Shown here: in pieces, positions 40,854 through 51,960 of the stretch
How positions within the stretch are numbered: position 1 is the first letter of the stretch
Layout: each line of letters begins with the position of its first letter
Source: Ophelia neglecta
Taxonomy: Eukaryota
Direction of reading: 5' to 3'
DNA length: 64,000 nt
Assembly (NCBI GenBank): GCA_965285935.1
Contig: OZ260663.1
Span: forward strand, 24,056,001-24,120,000
The notes under the pieces: generated by a model
Databases searched by the model: none
What the model was told of the DNA's origin: nothing
What the model saw: the letters and a program-made list of their open reading frames with translations, nothing else
Made by a program: the position numbers and the translations under genes

Positions 40854-42265
40854 TTACTGTCTGTAACTTCCCCCTGATTGGGACAATCCTGTACATTGAT
40901 ATTGTAATTGGTTGTCGTTAAATGGCGGTACAGGATAGTAGCAGGGTTTTTGGTTGAACTCTGAAATCGGCATTGTGTCTGGAATGAAAAGAAATAGGCA
41001 TTTAATAATACAAATGTGCAGAGGATATGGATAAAGCATGCAGTATATTTAGACAGTAAACACCTATATAATATATTGGGCCACTTATTAAACGGGTAAC
41101 ATATTAATATGACATTTGATATATAAACAGGAATTTTATTTTAACAATACATGCTTTTGTTCCCAATTGGACATCTATATGCATTACATTATATAACACA
41201 GGTCGTAAGTTCATACTTCCAAGCCAGGATACAACCAATAAAAGTACACATACCTTGTTCATATTCGTTTTTGATATGGACAGATTTCCCGGCAATGTTC
41301 TGTCCGTAGCCTGGTTCAATGGGCGAGGCACTTGGATATGATCCTGTGCTGCCCGACGGGCTGAAGCCAGCCCGGCAGTATGGGGATTGCCAGTCTCTTG
41401 AGGAGGCCTGTTGGACACACGTTCTGTTATGCCCAGCACTGAGATCGTGGGTATAAGTATAGTATTGGTTTCGGTCGACACAGTTTGAGTACTGTGGCTG
41501 ACTCATTTCTGTAGAATAATGTCCGGAGACATTCCCTGAGCTGTAGGTTGTCTCGCCGCTTGTTATAGACGACATTGGGACAGCGGTCCCCGGATAGGAA
41601 AGAGCCGGTGCCATGTGAGGGCCTTGTTGGATGTCATAATAACCGCCAAACATAGCCGGAGAGACGGACATATTGCTGAGCAGCCCGTACGATTTGAGTG
41701 CCTGACATTTCCTACGAAACCCTCGGGGCCGTCGCCGGAATGATCCCTCCTCAAACATGAACTCCGCTGAGGGGTCCACCGTCCAGTAATGTCCCTTTCC
41801 CGGCCGTCCAAATCCCTTAGGCAGCTTGATGAAGCACTCGTTAAGCGAGAGATTATGTCGCAGTGAGTTTTTCCAGCCTTGATAAGATCCTCGGAAGAAA
41901 GGAAACTTTTGTTGTAGGAAACTGTAGATTTCATTGAGAGTAGATCGTTTGGTGGGCGAGGCCTGTATGGCCATGACTATTAGAGCTATGTAGCTATACG
42001 GGGGCTTCTCCTGTCGCCGGAGGCTCGCCGCGGCCTTGTCCTTCGATACTTTGCTGTCCATGTCACCAGCAGAGTTGTCTCCATCGGTGGAATCGCAGTC
42101 AGTCTCTGTTATTCCTTTGTTATCGGGCGTTTGTTCTTCCTTTATCACTGGATTGTTAACATCTGAGTCGAGTTTCTCAGATTTAACTATTGGAATTTGG
42201 CTGTGAATAGGCAAGCCTGCTGTATAAAAGCTGGTACAGCGTGGTGGTACGACTTGGCAGTCCAT
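40854..42265 (-). CDS. FoxF: Forkhead box F transcription factor, two exons (42265-41254 and 40978-40854), 378 aa predicted
   Basis: The ORF contains [22 protein letters not shown]...[67 protein letters not shown], diagnostic of class F forkhead domains (domain about 41708-42010). Donor CAAG|GTATGT at 41254/41253 and acceptor TTTCTTTTCATTCCAG|AC at 40979/40978 join in phase 1. This adds [41 protein letters not shown]. Exon 2 is also conserved at codon level in the paralogous pseudogene. Confidence 0.96.
40979..41253 (-). other. FoxF: 275-bp GT-AG phase-1 intron of FoxF
   Basis: GTATGT donor, polypyrimidine tract plus CAG acceptor, AT-rich interior and frame-compatible junction. The acceptor is conserved in the pseudogene (TCTTTCCATTTCAG ending at 51393). 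Confidence 0.88.
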
Positions 42266-42509
42266 CCTATTTAACTTTTCACTTTTGTTACAATAAAATC
42301 ACTCCAAATCGTGACTGTCCGGGCACTAAGCAAGCGAAGTTCCGGTATATTTGAGCTACAGACTATTGGTGGTTGAGCTAAATTTTCTAGGCCGCAGTGA
42401 AGTGAACTGCAGTAGAAGGCAGACATTTACTAAATACGCCCCAGTGACTGCTGCTCATGGGATCCATTATTATTGACTACCTCACAGCTGGAGTACAGAC
42501 CGCCATACA

Positions 42510-42590
42510 ACGCCAGGGGGCGGAGCCTACGAATACGTATCTCACCAATAGGAATTCACGAGCAGACGACAAGCAGAATGTCGGTGATCT
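42510..42590 (-). promoter_or_regulatory. Putative FoxF proximal promoter (GC box plus CCAAT box)
   Basis: GGGGCGGAGC at 42517-42526 and CCAAT at 42545-42549, about 250-280 bp upstream of the ATG. The same pair with near-identical spacing lies upstream of the pseudogene (GGCGGAGC 54777, CCAAT 54802). Confidence 0.55.
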
Positions 42591-43347
42591 GCGGCGTGGA
42601 AAGGCGAGAGTTATATTTATGCATATCAATCGCCGAAAAATTCGTTTGGTATTTTATTAAAGTTAATTATAAGCAAAGTTAGCATTTGGCTCCGACAAAA
42701 TACAATATGGCCTTGCGTTTCAGTCCAGATATGTCAATTTTGTCTAAATAAATTTGAAACACTGAAACCCAGTGAGAATAAAATGTTTACTTCTCATGAC
42801 AGGCTAGTTTTTGTAAGAAGCCAGAATAAAGATCTGAGAACACTCGCTGTTGACAACCGTGGCACTGTGCCGTTGACACTCGACCAAATTATGGCCGCTG
42901 TATAATCATTTCAGGCGCCTTTGAGTTCACTTAAATACGATAGAAAATAAATGAAATACAATATAGAACAGTAAACATACTTATACAACATGTACATGTG
43001 TAAATTACGCCAAAGTGTCTGCTGATATAGTCTACACGTCCTTCGCACGTTGGTTAGGCGCTTTGATGTGTGCCAAATATATATGATGTAGGCTGTTATC
43101 GTTTTATCTGTCTAGTCCTTAAAGCAAAAGAAAATTGTTTCATATAAATAGTTTTCCCCTTTTCATAAACATTTATATGTGTGGTCTTGTAAAACACAGA
43201 AAACGCATCGTATACAGCCTAAGGTAAGGGCATGGGCAATCCATACATCACTAGGACATAAATATATTAAATAGGTCGGGGACTACGCTACGAGTTAAGC
43301 CGGTGTGTTCAAAGATTTCTCTCCGAGGTTTTTCTAGTTTTTATTAA

Positions 43348-43610
43348 AAGCGTAGGTGCGGAGCCTCGTGGAGCTAAACCCCGAGATTAGGACACGGCAC
43401 TAGACCTATATAAATATGTCCCTAACCCTTTCAGTAACCCTTAAACCAAACCCCAGTCCTAGCCCTAGCCTTGCTGAAGATTTTTATTTGTTTCGTACGT
43501 GCCCCTCAGGAATATCCTTGGCCCCCGCCTCCGCCTTACGTCCGCGTTTTATCGATGGCCGTTTTCCTCGGGCCGGAAATAAGGCCATTCTACGTTCTGA
43601 CGACGTAATT
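43348..43610 (+). repeat. Module M, homologous to 6600-7075
   Basis: Shared GCACTAGACCTAT..AAA.ATGTCCCTAACCC.TTCA.TA.CCCT...GCCTTGCTGA.GATT...CGTGCC.CTCAG.AA.ATCC. Confidence 0.7.
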
Positions 43611-43694
43611 TCTTGCAAAATTTCTCTTACGGTCGCTATGAACAAACGTGTTTGAATCATAATTGTTTCTGTCTCATAGAGAACGGGAAGTGGG

Positions 43695-43850
43695 TTTCTC
43701 TCCCGGTGGTCCCAGTAGCATCACCCCGTGTGGTGCCTTGTGTCTACCCCCGGGGGATGGCGTGTGCCCGTGTGAACACCGCCTACGCACACCCAGCTAC
43801 CAGATGGCTACACCACGCCGATATTCGTGTATAAAGAATGTGGGATGCCA
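43695..43850 (+). promoter_or_regulatory. Upstream module G (second copy 55277-55430)
   Basis: CTCTCCCGGTGGTCCC.GTAGCATCA.CCC...CCCCGGGGG...CGTGTGCC..TGTGAA...CCAGCTA.CAGA.GGCTA...AATGTGGGATGC, upstream of both FoxF copies. Confidence 0.62.
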
Positions 43851-43907
43851 AGCTACTGTCTGAGATAGGAGAACTCTTCCCATACGGATGGCCAACAGAC
43901 TCCCGCT

Positions 43908-44020
43908 ATTATGTAAGCAGATCGGGGGATCTGAGCCTGGTGTTAAGTCGGTTTAAACCCCCGGGTTACAACAATAATCACTGCTTAGCTGAACAAACAG
44001 TTTCTTAGGCCATGAGATTT
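43908..44020 (+). promoter_or_regulatory. Upstream module H (second copy 56983-57095)
   Basis: TTATGTAA.CAGATC.GGGG...TGTTAAGTC.G.TTA...GGGTTA.AA.AATA...CACTGCTTAGCTGAA.AAACAGT. Confidence 0.62.
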
Positions 44021-45562
44021 CCATTGGTCTGCTGGCTCGCATGTTTAAAATAAGCCCCATCACTGGAAAATTGTTCAAAGCCATTTTTATACCAATTCAA
44101 CTGTAGCGTCTGCAGACTTTTTACTTCAATAATTGCTATTATTAACATCCGGGGAAGGGGTGGGTCCAAAGGAGTTAAAGCCCCTGTATGAGGGGGGGGG
44201 GGTTACAATGGGAGAGTGGATGAACACGGATTCGCTCATACACTGCATGGGATCTCCGGACCTGCTGTGTCGCATTGCATATCCCCCACACTTCAATCCG
44301 CATATAGATACATATAGGTTTTAAGAATTGCGTCTCCTACCAACTTATTTCGTTCAAAATCCTGGGCCCTGTCACATTCCTTGTGCCTTACATTGGTTTA
44401 AACTATGCCTTTATCTGGGGGCCCGCATGCCGCAGTGCGCTTTATTTTCTTCACTTTGAGTGCTCGTGTTTCTCCGGTCTATTCCTCTATTCCCACTTTG
44501 TTATGCTAGGCGAGCACGAATGACACGCAAGGCGCTCACTTCATGACACTCACGTCTCTTAAAGCTAGCACGTTACAGGAGTTAGAATCATACATATACA
44601 GGTTTTAATGGGTTCTATTTGTCAGTTAAATGATCATAAATAAGGTGAACATTGCGGGTGTTTGTATTTAAGCCGCATGTGTTCTGTATGGTTCGGATAA
44701 TGTTTGGTGTCTTACACCAGTTGGTCTCGTCAAAATGCCTTGTTACCAGAGTTACAGACACTCTTGTTCAATTGAATCAATATTCTTGCCTATGGCAGTT
44801 CATAAACTAACATATGAAGTTAAATTTTGAGTTTTTTTGGAGCTATTGACTAGGCTATATTTAGTAGTCTGCAGTTTGATCCAAATATAGCAATATCTAC
44901 AATTATAAGAAAGGTCTTGTCTCTTTCACCAGTGCCTCGAATATGTTCCAATGACCCAGGCTGAAATCGAGAAGAAAAGCTATGTGATCAAGCAAAACTA
45001 CCTATGCCCCCTCAATCCCTTTAAAACACTGTCGACAGGAAAGGATCTCTACCTCCCAGCCAATGTACGAGTCTGACACAAAAATTAGGATAGAATTATA
45101 GCACTTTGAATGTGTTTACGAAAAAAGAGAAACAAAATGCTTACCTAAGGGACCTACAGTAAAATTTGCATTGAATTGGTTGTTCAGACTTAACTTGAGA
45201 TCTTCATTATTCATATTTTTAGATAAATAAAAGCGCATAATACTAGTAACTAGAATAACAAGCTTTATTTTGCCAAAAGAACTGCTGAGCATGTTGCGTG
45301 TTTTTAATTACCTCTTAATGCCTCAAATAGCTTAATATTAAAACGGCCTTTCCATAATTCACAAAATGCGAATTTATTTATGACATAAACTGCGGCCAAC
45401 AGAAGATTGTGTGTTTTAATATTGTATGTGTAATAACTGTCTACATAACCCATTGCAAGTGTTTTTCAGTAATTTTTCCAGTTAAAGAATGATATATTAT
45501 ACGGTAGCTCTTTCTCTAAGGCTTCGCCACTAGAAATTGGGGCTGGGGGTTTGATAGAGAAA

Positions 45563-45588
45563 AGAGAGAGGAAGAGAGAGAGAGAGAG
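45563..45588. repeat. (GA)n microsatellite
   Basis: Directly visible, imperfect. Confidence 0.8.
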
Positions 45589-47469
45589 GCGGCCAACGCT
45601 TTGTCTCGCGCAGCCTCAACCCTGCCTTTTGTGGCAAAACAAAATACATGATAGATGAGGATACATGAGCGAGCTCTAACATTTCTGGTCATTCACTCTA
45701 AAGATGGTTTCTTACCAGTTACATACCAGATGGTTGTTTTCGCCCAATATGTTTCAAGTCAGTTTCAGCAGGTCATGGTTCTGAGATCAATTTGATCCAG
45801 AAACTCCTCGGATCGCATGTCTGGTGCCACGGAGCGAGAGGGGCTGCTTCGGTGAGTTTGTTCAGCTGTCGCCTGGAATGTTCTGGACAGAATGTCAATA
45901 ATATATGTTGTGATTAAACGCTGCACGGCAGCAGTGTGGAGGATGTCGCTTTTAGCTTTTTAACAAACAAACAAAATGGCTCTCAAAGGAGAGACACCCA
46001 GAAGAGGGGGCTCTTAGACTCCCAGAGTTGGGGGTTCCGTGACTCAAGTGTGGAGAGGCACCGAGTTGAGGGGTTGACTCCAAGATGAGCGGGGGGGGGG
46101 GGCTCTCAATGTTAGAGGGCCTCTAACAGAATGGACTTCGGATTTCGGAAGGCTCAAAGTTAGTCCGTGAAAAAGGACTCCGTGAAAAACAGGGGCTCCG
46201 AGGGATGGGACCCGGGAGGACTCGGGAATACTCAAAGAAATTACGTCAATCGACAAGTAACTAACACATTGATTCTATATCGGCTGCGAACGCTTCTAAA
46301 AGGACGTTCGACCCATTGGCCACAGGCTCTTGGACGATCTACAGATATTCGATGAATAGCACCTGCGCTTGTTGGTTTTAATAGCCGCTTACTAACTTGG
46401 GGAGGACCTGTTGACGTCTGCTACTTCAATATTTACAATCAAAGCGTGTAAGAACACAAACAACAATCATTACACCCCGTTAACTCATTGTAACAGAATC
46501 ATAATCGCCGAGATAGAACTATTTATGTGATCACCACTGATAGTTTACTTACACTTCAAATATTTATTCTTCTAGGTACTGCTCTGCATACAGATGGCGC
46601 CACCAGCCTGTGAGCGATGTAAACTTTCATTGCTCGCTGGCCACAGAAACAGAGAGAGTGGGCAACCGGAACAACCTTAAAACAGATAACTCAATGCCTT
46701 TTATTCGGATTTGGATTCGCAAATACCTTGTCTGGTATTTCTTATTTCGAAGTGCCGCATTTTCTATATTTCTTAATACGCATCATCGCAAATTCATCGA
46801 GTACAAGTCCTATCTCTGTAAAACAATACAGCGTCCTGAAAGTCTTTACACAACTTTGATTATTTGAGTGTCAGTGCCCGTGACGGTTGGAAAGCACAAA
46901 CTATGAGAATGCAGGTTTAAAACCATCATTTGAAGTTGCCTGCCCCCCCCCCCCCCTTCACATAAACCTGAAAATATAGCTTATTATATGGAAAGCCCCT
47001 ACACTACACATTGTAGAGTTTGAAGCATGTGAACATAATGATTGATATCTAACCATCCTCATTTAATTAAAAAGCTGATCTGACCATGTCAGCGCTGTGG
47101 CACTACTTTTTGAGAACGAATTTGCAAATACAAACATATTTATACTGTGAAAATATTATACTTTAAGAATAAAGTTGTGGTTTGTACTCCCCTGGAAAGA
47201 ACCTTTAATAAAATGACATGAACGCAGGCACGAATGAAATTTATATGTCCGCAAAGTCATCATCTCTAAGCCAGGTTACAAGAAACCTGCAAATGCGGAC
47301 GTTTAATTACTAACCATTGACCAAGCTAGTTCTTTTTTAGTTTATTTATCTTCAAAGTATTTTTGGTATCCTCGTCAGCCCACCAAACACGTGAAACCGC
47401 CATGGTCTTTCAACTTACTCTTTGATCTATAATGTATTTGAGCAGAATGGGGTTTGAAGGCAAGTTGAT

Positions 47470-47555
47470 GAGACGACCCCTGGGAGGTCTGTCGTCTGTC
47501 GAGATGACCCCGGGCAGGTCTGTCGTCTGTCGAGATGACCCCGGGGAGGTCTGTA
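47470..47555. repeat. Approx. 31-bp tandem repeat (GAGATGACCCCGGG.AGGTCTGTCGTCTGTC), about 2.7 copies
   Basis: Directly visible. Confidence 0.8.
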
Positions 47556-47907
47556 GTATGTCCATAGCTTATAGGTATACCGCCAAACCCCGTCTGGAGT
47601 TTGTATTGTCATGGGAGGCTTTACAGTGGCAGATGTGTTAATGTACAGACCTACGATTGTGTCAGTCGACTGTGACTAAACTTGTTGAGAAATTTGTTGC
47701 AGATATACAAATCAGAACTGTTCAATTAGCTCAAATGGAAGACAGGTCGTCTTCACTGGTGAGCATATTGCAATTGATGAATCAGACCTGAGACTTAGAT
47801 ATATACTGTTAACGACAAAAAAGCTTACAATCATTTTATACAGTTCGCTGATTTAAAAACAATATGATTAACAATCAGCTAGCTAAAAAAGCAAGAAGGT
47901 AAAATGA

Positions 47908-47990
47908 GACATGGTTTGGTCTATAAAAGTAGTCCAGAACATGTGCGTGGAAATACATGGTTTGGTCTATAAAAGTAGTCCCTAACATAG
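47908..47990. repeat. Local tandem duplication of ACATGGTTTGGTCTATAAAAGTAGTCC
   Basis: Two identical 27-mers 47 bp apart. Confidence 0.8.
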
Positions 47991-48258
47991 TTACTCGGTA
48001 GATTAGTATTTCTTAAATGAATAAACTATACTATATATGATTCATAATATCGTGATTATATCATTTCGAGCAGTGAATAAAATGGTGATCGGAGTTTATT
48101 AATATAAGGGGAACAATATACGAGGAAATCACAAACATCCGAACGATATTATCATTAAACAAGCGAAAATAACCATTTGCGCTCATTATTATAGCCATAC
48201 TGAACTTCAAAAGTTTCTTTCCATAACAGTTTTGGAATACTCTGCAAGGAATCGAATG

Positions 48259-48402
48259 CCCCCGCGGACATTTTGAAAGGAAGCAAGCAGAGGAATTTCT
48301 TATCGCCAATAACAATATTCTAGCTGAAATGGCTCATTAAATCTCAATCTAAACAGTTGCCCCTTGATGAGCCACTGGGAGATAGGGCTGTCTTTGATGT
48401 CC
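48259..48402 (+). promoter_or_regulatory. Module A, copy 4
   Basis: GGAATTTCTTATCGCCAATAACAATATTCTAGCTGAAATGGCTCATTAAATCTCAATCTAAACAGTTGCCCC...CTTTGATGTC. Confidence 0.65.
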
Positions 48403-51400
48403 GAGATGTCTCATCTGGATTAACAGCGGCCAGTCCCATAGCTCGACTGGTCTGTGAGCAATGATATCTCTATCTTAATTATTGTAAAGATGACATTAAG
48501 CATACCATTTGGAATTTTGATATATTTCGTATTAAAGGATTAGTTTTGATAATATCGTTATATCAAAGAAGCATCTTTAAACAGTTTCAGTAATAAGTTA
48601 TTTATTAGCCAGCCATTCTTACTCACGAATCGAATGATTTTGAAGTAAAAATGTATTTCACCCTAACACTTATTCACCTGTGATGACCGTTCTTGACAGC
48701 TGAAATTACATTGCAATAAACTGTAGCTATGCTAGAAGGTTCTCGCCTGGTACACAGGTAAAGACGCTGTACGTTGTATCGGGTCTTAGATGTTTAGCAG
48801 GCATACTACATGGGTTGTCTTATTTATCCGCGCGTTTGCACGTCGTAAATCTCACAGCAATTTGTCTAATCCTGGTCTGGTAGGCGCCCGCCGAGGTCAG
48901 AGAGGTGTACCCTGAGGGGGTACAGCTGGCCGCGGCCGACTCACATTGCAGTTGATATGGATTGTCTAGCCCTATAACCATGAAACATTGGAATTTAATA
49001 CTGATAACTATAGCATTTCAGAAAGATAAATTATCTTGTGACACTTCCATGCGACATGTTATCACAGTTCTAACCAAGTTGTGTTTACGATACATGTGAT
49101 TTGGAAATTTCCTTCGTAACGTTACATGTTTAAGGCAAGCTTCCATTTAGAGCTCTTCATTTAAAAGTCCTGAAATTGAGCACCGTTGATCAGGATATTT
49201 TACACAGATTGGACAATTCGTAGAGTCAATCACAAGGTATTTTGTCACCAGGATCGCTTTCGCTCTTCTAGACCTTGTCTCGTTAAGAAGTTCCACGAGA
49301 TAGGTCCGCGTAGTCCAACGAAAGATCGGCCTGAAGGCTAGAGCACTTCATTACAACGTGGGCGGACATTTTTCCTATAACTGAAGGAACACCTAATTAT
49401 TTCTTCTCTCTTTTTTCATAATTTTTTTATAAAATTTATGTATACCTGCTCACTGCCCTGTCACCTAATAAAGTCACGCTCCGTCTAGATTCATGAGAAA
49501 AGTATCTTGATTAGCCAAGATACGCCCCATAATCATAATACAATTGTTTAAGACTCGCCGGCTACGAACCATTATTTGCGTACAATTTTCCGTTTCATTT
49601 TAATTAGGTTTTTTTGATTAATTAATCGTTATTGTTACTTATTTATTCTTTACACATTTCTCGCGTATTTTAATGGCGTATCCTGTTGATAACCACAGTG
49701 TGTGTTGTTGAATTCCTGCTGAGAACAGCTTGGCCATGCAGATAACCAAGTTTGACATGCGTCCATTCAGAATACCCGATAGGGCCTCTCTGTCCTTGTA
49801 ATAATTATATCCACAGAATGTATGGGCTACAATATAAACCGCAACATACCAGAATATGGCCCATAAACGGACAGCTACCTATTCCATCAATGCAGTGTAA
49901 ACAGTAACAGAGATGGAGTTCGAGTTGAGATATTCATTTTTTTTTTATATTTAACCAAAGTAGATGTGTACAAATGCAGACAATAGCGCCGAAACAGACA
50001 TATTCTCTTACTGTGTAAAGGACAAAAAAAAATATAACTCGACAATAGTAGTAATAGTAATCCAAGCAAAAGCAAAAAGTGTACCTTAATTATGATCTAA
50101 TTGCCTGCCACCAAACATCAATACGTATGTAATGAGATTGATCAAAGATAGCTTCAATCAAACAATAACATCAACAATTTTCAAACCAAACATAAACCAA
50201 TACCCATTGTAATAAACCAGTATGCTCACTGGCGACCGAAATACCCGCACCACCCCACCCCACCCCACCCCACCACGCACCACCCCCGTCGCAACACCAC
50301 TACATAGGTTTGTAGTATATGGTACCACACCGGACGCAGCGCGCGGCAGGACGGAGAAAGAGAGGAGGCAGCAGCGCACCCGGGCGCCCGCGAGCACATC
50401 TAAGCACATACACAAGGAATCTAGCATTGTTTTACATGAGCACGTAAACACAAACATTGACAAATATATATAATAGATAGAGACACGGTCATTCGTACAT
50501 AGACTCTAGGCGGCCAATAAAGAGATATGAGGGCACACCAATATTTCACATCCACACGTACAAAAGTCAGAATTGCTTTATATCGAAAATTCAGTCCCCA
50601 ATCGACCCCCCACCCCACTCACCCCCCCCTCCACCCCCCCCCCCCCTCAGGGGAAACATTGCTATCCCTCGCCGTCACTATCATAGCAGAACCCCCTTCC
50701 ACCGTAAACGAGACCATATGAATGAGACAAGGCCTTGTCGGGTCTTGTTCCCATTAGTAATGTATATTTAATACACGGAAAAGCTGGAATTTTCATTTTT
50801 AATTTGCTACAACTTAATAGATTTATCAATATTTGGGCCTAAACTATGGTATCACGTAAGTGGTATCACGTAAGTGTGCGCATGCTTGTGTACACTAATT
50901 TATCTAGATATACTTATCTTCTTTATAAATTAACTTTAATTAAGAGTTTCTCTGTATACAAGGGCGTCCAATAAAAAGAGTACCCACCAGTGTTGGCATC
51001 CGCTCAGACTAGGGTATGTTTGTTTTCGTTTTAAGTTATGCGTGTATATATTTATGTCTTGTCCGACAAAAAAGATTTATTAATTCATTCAATAGCATCA
51101 ATTTTATATTATAATTCATGTTAGTATCAATAGCTTGTTAAACATGAAACTTTCTCCTTATTGAACAAATTGTATCCACATTCAAGTACAATTTATCCAT
51201 ATATTATATATAAGGCACCCTTCTTCACAGGATGAAGAACTCGAGAGACGAATTTCGGGGACAACCTCAGAATGTCATTAACCGTTCCCACATTGCGGTA
51301 ATCCTGCCAATGGATAATGTATTTTATTGCCGTTAAGCGGCGCCACAGGATAGTATGGTAGATTATGGTTGAACTCCGAGACCGTTTTGTTGCTGAAATG

Positions 51401-51804
51401 GAAAGATACCTTACAATTAATTGCATGTTGTCTTTTAAAGGTACGAACAACACGCAGCAGCTGCTCAATTTATTAATCCTTCCATTTTTAGTCATCTGTG
51501 CCATTTCATTGCCTAATAAATTAGTTATATTGTAACTGTTACAGAGAAATAATAATAAAATAAATTTTCAAACACACTAAATTGATTCCATAAAAACATG
51601 TCTGCCTGTGTGATTTTCATTTTGATGGTAAATTAGAGTATAAATAATTTATAACATTTGAAGATAAGGAAATGTTTTTTTGTTGTAATTGAAGACAATA
51701 GCTCGAACACATATACATATAATATATATATATTAGTCCTCCAAATTTCGAATACTGTAGCCGTGGATTTCGGGTACCGTTGGGGACGCAATGGGGTAAG
51801 ATCC

Positions 51805-51926
51805 CGAGCTGTCCGACGAGCTGTCCGACGAGCTGTCCGACGAGCTGTCCGACGAGCTGTCCGACGAGCTGTCCGACGAGATGTCCGACGAGATGTCCGA
51901 CGAGATGTCCGACGAGATGTCCGACG
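51805..51926. repeat. 12-bp minisatellite (CGAGCTGTCCGA / CGAGATGTCCGA), about 10 copies
   Basis: Perfect tandem units in two homogeneous variant blocks, inside pseudogene exon 1. Confidence 0.95.
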
Positions 51927-51960
51927 TTTTATTAGGGTATTGCGGTTCCCAGTCTCTGGA

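Noticed and set aside
41104-41934. ORFs 41104-41481 and 41563-41934
   Set aside because: Alternative frames overlapping the FoxF CDS.
43613-43863. Module G as coding sequence
   Set aside because: Differences between copies are mostly non-synonymous or create stops, and all three minus-strand frames are closed.
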